Assembly: GCA_963843555.1 (NCBI GenBank)
Contig: CAWJKV010000013.1
Location: 1 to 41,630, forward strand
Source of the DNA: an uncultured Methanosarcinales archaeon
Lineage (GTDB): Archaea > Halobacteriota > Methanosarcinia > Methanotrichales > Methanotrichaceae
Direction: 5' to 3'
DNA length: 41,630 nt
Position numbers and translations under genes: made by a program. The notes beneath the pieces are model-generated. The model was not told the origin of the DNA. It was given only the letters and a program-made list of their open reading frames with translations, and made no database searches. Within the stretch, counting starts at the first letter, position 1; every line of letters begins with the position of its first letter. This document shows positions 8,951-16,371 of this stretch, in pieces.

Positions 8951-9511
8951 ATGAAGACAATGAGACTGCTAGCAGCTTTCTGCCTGATAAGCATGACTGC
9001 GGCTTCCCTCGCCAATGGCGAAACAATTGAGCTTGGTCCAGCCCAAATCTCCATGGACCTCAGCCTCCTGGGATCTTACTCGATAGAGAAAGGAGACGTT
9101 TCTTCAATGGACCATAAAAAACCGGATTTTCGGTACGAAATCTTTCCGGCTCGCATAAATGTCGATGGCACTACTGACCAGGTGCAATTGGAGGTTCACC
9201 AGATGAGCAATTCTGAGCCACTGGAGGATTCAATCTCGAATAAGGATCCAGCCAGCGGCCTGGAACACTGCATGGAAAGATCGAACCTGCTGCCCGTTGG
9301 AGAGGATATCCAGACAGAGCCTTTCGCCATTGATGGCCATCAGGGACAAATCGCTACGTTCAATGGCGATCCGGAAAACCCTCTGTATATCGTGGCCTAC
9401 AGCCCGGATCAGGAAGACGGATCGGGATCCATAGTGAGCATTGTCTCCTCTGATTTCCCCTGGGAGGCTACAAAGAGCTTATTCGATTCAGTTAAAACGC
9501 AATTGGCTTAG
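8951..9511 (+). CDS. Secreted acidic hypothetical protein
   Basis: Signal peptide MKTMRLLAAFCLISMTAASLA and a long open frame, followed by a T-rich terminator. Start may be 8942 or 8960. Confidence 0.8.
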   Translation: MKTMRLLAAFCLISMTAASLANGETIELGPAQISMDLSLLGSYSIEKGDVSSMDHKKPDFRYEIFPARINVDGTTDQVQLEVHQMSNSEPLEDSISNKDPASGLEHCMERSNLLPVGEDIQTEPFAIDGHQGQIATFNGDPENPLYIVAYSPDQEDGSGSIVSIVSSDFPWEATKSLFDSVKTQLA

Positions 9512-9521
9512 GTGCACTCAC

Positions 9522-9547
9522 TTTTTTTGGTTTTTATTTTTTATTTT
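9522..9547 (+). terminator. Oligo-T archaeal terminator
   Basis: TTTTTTTGGTTTTTATTTTTTATTTT begins about 10 nt after the stop at 9511. Confidence 0.55.
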
Positions 9548-9948
9548 ATCCCGCGCTTTGAACTTTCTAATTGGAATTAGATTCAGCCTACCTCCAGTTG
9601 CTGGGCGGCCGCGCGCCTTTAGAAGAGTCGGTTTAGCCTTTGAGCAGCTTGTATGGAAGAAGAGCATCGAGATCCGACGAACGACTATTTCGATCCGGTG
9701 CGGGAGGGTGGAGTGACAAGGGCGAAGTCTCCTGTCCCTTGAACTGCCTGGCCGTTGAGGACGCGCACCCTTTCATCAAAGGCTGAGGGCGGCAGGAAGG
9801 CATGCCGGGAGGTCTAACCTAACACGACTCATGCTAATTTTTTTCTTTTCCCATCCATCCCACAAGCCAGGGCTTTCATACCCAATTCACCCCGGAAGTT
9901 AGAAGTAGTAGCAAGATACAATTATAACCATCAATGAGGTGAGATCAA

Positions 9949-10182
9949 ATGGAACCGAGGATTCTTAAGATTGGTGAGAAGGTCACAGGCAGATACAGAG
10001 ATATGGAGATGGGCAAAAGCCGGAAATTCTTCCGCGTCAAACTGGACGATGAGGAGTTCTATTTGCCCAAGGATGTGGGCAACTCCCTGCTCAAGAGCCA
10101 CCAGATGGGCAATGATATGTTCACTATCCAGCGACAGTTGGATGTCTATGAGATCCGGCCAATTGTACACGGGATGGACTAA
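9949..10182 (+). CDS. Small hypothetical protein (77 aa, beta-rich)
   Basis: Strong GAGGTGAG RBS before the ATG. Hairpins plus a T6 tract downstream (10201-10280). Confidence 0.8.
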   Translation: MEPRILKIGEKVTGRYRDMEMGKSRKFFRVKLDDEEFYLPKDVGNSLLKSHQMGNDMFTIQRQLDVYEIRPIVHGMD

Positions 10183-10387
10183 GATCGGGATAATTAGAAT
10201 TGCAGATCGTAGGGCAGCCCGCCTGCCTCCCTGCACGCGAGAATTCCACGGTTGGGCGATATGACCAAATTCTCTTTTTTGAGATCAGTGGAAAGAACGA
10301 TTAAGTAAGACGTAATAAATATTGTTATGAATCATATGTTTTTTAAAAAGAAGGTTAATAAAAAGTCCATGCTCCGCGATCTCATAC

Positions 10388-10549
10388 TTATCCGAAGATT
10401 TTCTGCATTTCCTTGAGGAAATCCAGCTTGGCCTGCACCTTCTTTATCTTCATTTCCAATTTTGCCTTCATTACTGCTTTTTTCTTATCTTCAGGGATAT
10501 GCTCCCACCAACCTTCCATTCCAGATTCCTCCGTTTCTTCTCCGTGCAT
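10388..10549 (-). CDS. Small helical hypothetical protein, 53 aa (below the ORF-track cutoff)
   Basis: GAGGTGA-AATAAC-ATG. Translation: MHGEETEESGMEGWWEHIPEDKKKAVMKAKLEMKIKKVQAKLDFLKEMQKIFG*. Confidence 0.75.
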   Translation of the reverse strand: MHGEETEESGMEGWWEHIPEDKKKAVMKAKLEMKIKKVQAKLDFLKEMQKIFG

Positions 10550-10845
10550 GTTATTTCACCTCATTTTTAGATGACAGGGCTACCCGATCAGTAGATAGTG
10601 TACGCATCATACCGATTAATAGCTTTCCACTGGTCAAATTAGTAAGATCGGTTCTGAATGGAATTATTTTTAAATACACATCCAGCTGGAACTCCTGCGG
10701 CCGCAGGCCATCCCTTCGCTGCAGGCTCTTGGGTGTGGACTTATTCAAATTGGTTCGGGATCATCTCATCCACTCTAGCTCGAGATGTATGGCTAATAAC
10801 TCTTAAATATTCGTATTGTTGAAGTATGGGTTTGAGGAATGTCCG

Positions 10846-11223
10846 ATGAAGAAAGTTGCACATATAATCCTGGCTGTGGCATTTTTATCAATCGCAGCAG
10901 CTTCTGCCAGCATCTGCGACAATGCACCATGTGAAAAAACCATCAACGCCGTTGTAGGTGAAAATTTCGCTATCTCCCTACCGTTCTATTCTGGGACGGG
11001 CTTTGAATGGTGGGCTAAGTTCGATCCGGCGTATTTAAGCCTTGTGAATACGTCTGAAGAGGCCAAGAATACTGATTCGGCGATGGTAGGAGTCCCACAA
11101 GAGGGGAACTTAACTTTCAACGCTAAGATGCCTGGGAACACAGATGTGATCATGCTGCTACTCCAACCTTGGGAGAACGGCACCATTGACGAGCGCAAGA
11201 TATTCCCGGTCAATGTCACATAA
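10846..11223 (+). CDS. Chagasin-family (I42) cysteine protease inhibitor, secreted
   Basis: Signal peptide, GENFAISLP...GTGFEW, MVGVP and QPWE correspond to the three chagasin loops (NPTTGY, GxGG and RPW-like, here divergent). Confidence 0.8.
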   Translation: MKKVAHIILAVAFLSIAAASASICDNAPCEKTINAVVGENFAISLPFYSGTGFEWWAKFDPAYLSLVNTSEEAKNTDSAMVGVPQEGNLTFNAKMPGNTDVIMLLLQPWENGTIDERKIFPVNVT

Positions 11224-11420
11224 AACGCTCGTGGTAAAATGAGCAAATGGGCATTTGCGAAGGAGCTGGGGTATAAGGGCTGATTCCAGCCTTCGTGAGT
11301 GTCGCGATTGAAGATGCAATGTGAGATGCGCTGATTCTGATATAGCTTTGCCGAAAGTGCAAACATTGCCACGGTATTTATTCACGACAATAAATATCTA
11401 TTCAATTACCCGTAAAATAG

Positions 11421-11505
11421 CGCCGAGGGTGGGATTCGAACCCACGATCCGCGGAGCGGAACAGGTTTAGCAAACCTGCGCCATACCAGGCTAGGCGACC
11501 TCGAC
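11421..11505 (-). tRNA. tRNA-Ser(GCT)
   Basis: GTCGAGG/CCTCGGC acceptor stem, CAGGT-TTGCTAA-ACCTG anticodon arm, long variable arm, GTGGG-TTCGAAT-CCCAC T arm and G73. No encoded CCA. Confidence 0.97.
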
Positions 11506-11531
11506 CCGACCCCAGGGACTTGACTTTTGGA

Positions 11532-11539
11532 TATTTAAA
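11532..11539 (-). promoter_or_regulatory. TATA box of tRNA-Ser
   Basis: TTTAAATA about 27 nt upstream of the mature 5' end. Confidence 0.6.
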
Positions 11540-11581
11540 CTCTGCGTTTGCCTGGCCAAAGAAAGGCAACTTAATTACGCA

Positions 11582-11962
11582 TCATCTTACGCACCCGAGC
11601 AGGTCCTTGCTGGTGATTATCCCCACCAGAGCGCCCTCCTTCATCACAGGAAGCCTTCTGATGTTATGCTTTTGCATCCGTTCCGCAGCCTCGCGGGTGG
11701 ATGCATCAAGGTCGATGACAATGAGCGGTGCCGGGGTCATGATCTCCGAGACCGCCACCGATGCCGGGTCCAGCCCCCTGGCAAAGACCTTCAGAAAGAT
11801 CTGGCTGGTGGTGACGATGCCCAGGCACTCCTTGAGAAGTCCTTCTCCTGCCACCAGCACGCAGCCTTTCTTCTCGCCTGCCATCCTTCTTATGGCTTCC
11901 AGCACTGTGGCTTCAGGCGTTACAGTGGCAATGGGATAGCTCATCAGATCTCGAACTTTCAT
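11582..11962 (-). CDS. CBS-pair domain protein
   Basis: MKVRDLMS...GIVTT...VSEIMT...IRRLPV...GIITSKDLL. Confidence 0.92.
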   Translation of the reverse strand: MKVRDLMSYPIATVTPEATVLEAIRRMAGEKKGCVLVAGEGLLKECLGIVTTSQIFLKVFARGLDPASVAVSEIMTPAPLIVIDLDASTREAAERMQKHNIRRLPVMKEGALVGIITSKDLLGCVR

Positions 11963-12201
11963 GGCAATATCATTCCTTCTGCCGGCTCAGAGAATAACAC
12001 TCTCAATTTCTCATCTGCGCTATTTCTTATGTTTGTCATTCTAGCAAGATAAATCAAACGCTACTGGAGAGGCAAGTTGATCTTGATTTTTGCCGTGCCG
12101 CTGCAAACCCCTCAATAAAAGAAAATGAGGACGCTAAGCTGGCATTCCTCTTCTCTTCTCCTCATCCCTCTTCCACTCTCATCTTTCCTCTTCTTTTTCC
12201 C

Positions 12202-13824
12202 TCAGAGTTCCCCCCACTTCAGCTCGAGGGCCACGGCGGGCTGCTCCAGGCCAAAGGCTCGCAAGACCAGAGGATGCAGCTCTCCAAAGCAGCCTATCCT
12301 CTGGCCCCCTTGAATGAGATCTGCTCCCCTTCCGGGCACCAGAGCCCCATCCTGAGATGGAATGATCTCAGCCGGTATATCCAGCTCCCGCAGGACGGCA
12401 TCAATCACGGATCTGATCTCTGAGAAACTGGCGACGCTGTTTGTGGATGCAGCAGCCAGATGCATCCTGGTCTTCCTGTCCACCACCACATCTCCGGCAG
12501 CAAATATCCTCTGGGGCAGAGGGTGATGCTGATTGATGGCGAAGATCTCCAGGAGGCAGGAGAGCAGTGATGTGCGCAGGATGGTATGCAGCTCGCTGAT
12601 GGGGTGAAGGACATGCGTCGCCCCTGCGATTTCAGCGGAGCGCCTCATCCACTCGAAATGCACCTTTTCATTGGTCAGAGTAAATGGCATGGTCTCCAGG
12701 TAGCCCAGACCCGCCATGACCTCGCGGATCTCGGCTTTTCGCACCTCTGCCTGATGGGCACGGCCCACTGTGACCGTTCTGGGCAGCTTTGCATCTAGTC
12801 TGTCAAAGCCAAAGGCCTTGGCCGCATCCTCAAATATGTCCCAGGAGTGCATTATATCCGCCCGGTAGGCCGGAGCCTGCACCAACACCAGTTCGCCCTC
12901 CGCCTTGGCACCGAATCGCATCTTCTCCAGGCATTCCGCCAGCTCCTCTCCTGTCAGTTCAAAGCCTATGAGCTTGTTGGCCTCATCGGCACGAACCTTC
13001 CAGCGGGATGGTTCAAGGTTAGGGGACAGGAAATCGCCTTCGCTTCTCTTAACCAGAACGCTCTCCACCCTGCCGCCCCGTTCCGCCAGGGATGTCACCA
13101 CGATGTTCAGGGCTTTGTAGACCATGGGGTCGGTTCCCGTAACATCAATGAACAGATCGCGGGTTTCTTCAGTGACGCTCGTCAAATCGCCGTTGATGAT
13201 GGGCGGGAAGGAGAGAACCTGATCCGACGAATCAACAATGAGGGGATAACGCTCGCAGCCTTCCAGGATATGGCCGTAGTCCTTGCCCTTGGGATGCTTA
13301 TGCAGCATCTCAAGCATTGTCATCTCTTCAGTGAAACCGAGGGGCACGAACTTCCGAGAGGGATCCTCTCCAAAGTAGCGGAAGGGAGGCGTAACGCGGG
13401 ATATGTCATGCACACCGATGGCGACTTTGCGCCTGTTTCTGCCAAGACCCCAGTGCAGGTCCTCTTGCAGGCCCATGAGCGACTCGATGGCTTCGCTGGT
13501 GAACTCTAGGTCCCTCACTATGGCGCAGCCGATGAGGGGGCGCACTGATTTTACCGACTCCTCTACCTGAAGAACCACCGGTCCCTTTTCAACGGCATAC
13601 TCGACAAGGCCTGTCTTGATGCCCAGGAATCCCTGCATTGCTCTCGCCACTCCCTCGGCGCTGTAGAGGTCGGGCCGGTCCGGGAAGAACTCCACGTCCA
13701 CATGATCCTCTTCGGCCCTCTTTCCTATGTCTGCACCCATCATGGCCAGCCTGCTCATGATCGTCTCGCGGGAGGCTCCAATCAGCCTCTCCATATCCTC
13801 GTAATAAAGTCTGACAACGGGCAT
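12202..13824 (-). CDS. pheT: Phenylalanyl-tRNA synthetase beta subunit
   Basis: Archaeal-type MPVV start, PDRPDLYSAEG, VLSFPPIING, YRADIMH and GELHP motifs. Confidence 0.97.
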   Translation of the reverse strand: MPVVRLYYEDMERLIGASRETIMSRLAMMGADIGKRAEEDHVDVEFFPDRPDLYSAEGVARAMQGFLGIKTGLVEYAVEKGPVVLQVEESVKSVRPLIGCAIVRDLEFTSEAIESLMGLQEDLHWGLGRNRRKVAIGVHDISRVTPPFRYFGEDPSRKFVPLGFTEEMTMLEMLHKHPKGKDYGHILEGCERYPLIVDSSDQVLSFPPIINGDLTSVTEETRDLFIDVTGTDPMVYKALNIVVTSLAERGGRVESVLVKRSEGDFLSPNLEPSRWKVRADEANKLIGFELTGEELAECLEKMRFGAKAEGELVLVQAPAYRADIMHSWDIFEDAAKAFGFDRLDAKLPRTVTVGRAHQAEVRKAEIREVMAGLGYLETMPFTLTNEKVHFEWMRRSAEIAGATHVLHPISELHTILRTSLLSCLLEIFAINQHHPLPQRIFAAGDVVVDRKTRMHLAAASTNSVASFSEIRSVIDAVLRELDIPAEIIPSQDGALVPGRGADLIQGGQRIGCFGELHPLVLRAFGLEQPAVALELKWGEL

Positions 13825-13833
13825 TGATATTCC

Positions 13834-15361
13834 TCACAGCTTGATGGAAACGGGCGTCTGACGCAGCCATTCGATATCCGACTGGTAAAGCAATCTCAGA
13901 TCCTTGAGGCCAAGCTTCAGCATGGCGACCCGTGAGACTCCCAGTCCCCAGGCCAGCACGGGATGCTCAATGCCAAATGGCGCCGTGACCTCTTTTCGGA
14001 AGACTCCCGCCCCACCGAGCTCCACCCATCCCAGGCCGTCTATGAAGACCTCCGGCTCAACAGAGGGCTCGGTGTAGGGGAAGTAGCCCGGCCGGAAGCG
14101 CACCTCCTCAAATCCCATCTTGCCATAAAACTCCTTTAAAATGCCCAGCAGATGGCAGAAGGTCACACCTTCATCCATGACGATGCCCTCCAGCTGCTCG
14201 AACTCCGGTGTGTGGGTGGCATCGATGGCCTCCCGCCGGTAGACGCGATCTATGCCGAAAGCCTTGATGGGAGGGCTGGGGTGGTCGGCGAGATACTTGA
14301 TGGTCACTCCCGTGGTATGGGTGCGCAGTACCTCCTGGCAGGCCACTTCGGGCCTCCAGCAGCCGCCCCAGCCAGTAGAGCCTACGCTTCCGCCGCATTC
14401 GTGCATCTCTTTGACCCTGGCGAAATCGGGAATCTCCGCCTGGCTATCCAGATAAAATGTGTCCTGCATCTCCCGGGCAGGATGGTCCTGCGGCTGGAAT
14501 AAGGCATCGAAGTTCCAGAAGCTGGACTGGACGATCTGGCCTTTGATCTCGACAAAGCCCATCTCCAGCATGATCTCCCGCATGAAATCGATCAAGTCGC
14601 TGGTAGGGGTGCTTTTTGCCGGGATAGATCCGCTCTGCGGCGAGGGTGACGTCATAGGGGCGGACACGAAAAGGATTTTGATTTTCTTTTTTTTCCCAAT
14701 ACAGGCCGTCTTCTTTCTCCAGCCATCGACCTGTTTTTATCATATCGGAAGTCAAATTGGAATAGCAACTAGACCCCGTTGCGGATAGCGTTAAGGTACC
14801 AATTGAAGCATTTAAAGTGCCTATAATGGGCTTTACCCTTGATCGACCTGCATCTGTGATTTCATAGTTCCAGGACTTTGATGTATCTGATTTCACAAGC
14901 CCTCTGCTCTTAAGAGCAACACGGGCCTTCTCATCCAGGTCTTTGCCGCTCTTTGGTCCAGGCAGGAGAGCCTGCAGGATTTTTTCATCCTCACCCTGTT
15001 CTGCCGCGCCCATGGGCTTGAGAACCCCTGCATCTATCGTAGCCCAGCCCTTTTTGCGCAGCCAACCCAGGCCGATCTTGAGAGCCGGGTCTTTCAGTTC
15101 GGACATTGGTTTGCCTGAGCCCAGGGATAAGAGCAGATTTCTCTCCGGCAGGCCCTCTTGGGCATATTTTCTGCCCTCTTCTGTAAGGTCAAAGATCTCC
15201 TCTACCGATTTAGTCACCTTGACAAGTCCCTGCTCGCCCAAAGCATCCGCGGAGGCTCGCACCGTCTCGATTTTCATATCCAGTTTTTTGGCAATGCTCT
15301 CTGGATCAGAATCTCCAGCATCTATCGCCTTCAGAACCTTGAGATCGTTTTCTGATAGCAT
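13834..15361 (-). CDS. pheS: Phenylalanyl-tRNA synthetase alpha subunit, one +1 indel near 14595
   Basis: The N-terminal ORF ends ...GKKHPYQRL and the next frame resumes IDFMREIM...[22 protein letters not shown]...[11 protein letters not shown]...AWGLG. Removing one T fuses them. Confidence 0.95.
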
Positions 15362-15562
15362 ATTATCATCCCTCAGTGACGAAATCCCGGGGCAGCAGAC
15401 AGGAAATTGCGCTGCATTTCGCCCTACCATCAAAAGAAAGAAAAGACTAAGTGACCGAATATACCCGAAGCTAGCCTACCTGGCTTCAGTAGGCTGATCT
15501 TATGATTCACAAATGAGGATTTAGCGGTATTCCCAGGCACGTTTTTTCGGTTAGATTGATGA

Positions 15563-15570
15563 TTTATAAA
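15563..15570 (-). promoter_or_regulatory. TATA box, probable pheST promoter with a long leader
   Basis: TTTATAAA downstream of the T-rich terminator of the creatininase-family gene (about 15607-15635) and about 200 nt upstream of the pheS ATG. Confidence 0.6.
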
Positions 15571-15654
15571 CCTGTCGAATAACCAAGAGTAATGGCAAAG
15601 AGTACAGAAAATTAATTGAAGAAAAACAGAAAAAGAGACAGAGACAGTACGGGA

Positions 15655-16371
15655 TCACGTCTTCCCGAAATCGCTCTCCAGCTCTTCCAGGGCATCCATA
15701 ACCCCTTTTACCGCCATATCGAAGAAGGCTTTTCCTTTCTCGGGAGAGGCCGGCTGGGGATTGCCCATGACGCCGTTGCCCATGAGATGGCGGACATCCT
15801 TTTGAATCAAAAACCTGGGCCTGACCGGGAAGTGCAGGGCAGGCTTTCCCTTTACCAGGTCAGGGCGAATCACCATCATCAGACTGGTCTCCACCTCGCC
15901 GGCGTGCCCGTCGTGCGGGGTCTCTACCGCCTTGAAGTCTATGAGATCGAATAAAGATACCAGGCTGACGCGAAAATCGCGCTCTTCCACGGCCATCTGG
16001 CATGCCTCCTCCAGGGCCGCCATATGCTGCCCACCGGCATGCCCTGTCAGAATCATGACCTTTGCAAAGCCGCTGTCTGCGAACGATACGAGCAGATCTT
16101 TTGCGAAGGCCCGCAGGGCATCATGCCCCACTGTGATGGTGCCGGGAAAGCCCCGCGTGCTGCGACAGACTCCATAATGCAGGGGTGGAGCCAGGAATAT
16201 GTCCTTTTTGGCCGCCACAGCCCGCGCCACCTCCATGGCCTGAATGGTATCCGTAATCGTGGGGAGGTGAGGGCCGTGCTCCTCTGTGGCCCCCACGGGC
16301 AGGATCACTGTCCTGGTTTGCCCGAGTCCTGCTTCGATCTCGGGCCAGCTCATCTCCTCCAGGAGCTTCAT
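15655..16371 (-). CDS. Creatininase/creatinine amidohydrolase family protein
   Basis: LPVGATEEHGPHLP..TD, GHAG and HAGEVETS motifs. Confidence 0.92.
   Translation of the reverse strand: MKLLEEMSWPEIEAGLGQTRTVILPVGATEEHGPHLPTITDTIQAMEVARAVAAKKDIFLAPPLHYGVCRSTRGFPGTITVGHDALRAFAKDLLVSFADSGFAKVMILTGHAGGQHMAALEEACQMAVEERDFRVSLVSLFDLIDFKAVETPHDGHAGEVETSLMMVIRPDLVKGKPALHFPVRPRFLIQKDVRHLMGNGVMGNPQPASPEKGKAFFDMAVKGVMDALEELESDFGKT

Noticed and set aside
9566..9850. SRP RNA or RNase P RNA
   Set aside because: Lacks the SRP helix-8 CAGG-CC-GGAA-GG-AGCAG motif (only a loose minus-strand look-alike) and the RNase P GAGGAAAGUCC motif.
11380..11505. Active integrative element at tRNA-Ser (or at tRNA-Ile or tRNA-Arg)
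   Set aside because: No integrase, transposase or duplicated tRNA 3' end found by eye.
12847..13509. Long antisense or alternate-frame ORFs (also 16755..17372, 21400..22035, 21724..22569, 30253..30999, 37647..38456)
   Set aside because: They overlap well-supported genes and have non-protein-like composition.
14590..14600. Programmed frameshift or split pheS
   Set aside because: No slippery sequence; same +1 pattern as the other indels in the window.
15362..15540. T-box riboswitch upstream of pheS
   Set aside because: No UGGNACC antiterminator before the U-tract and no stem I motifs; T-boxes are not established in archaea.
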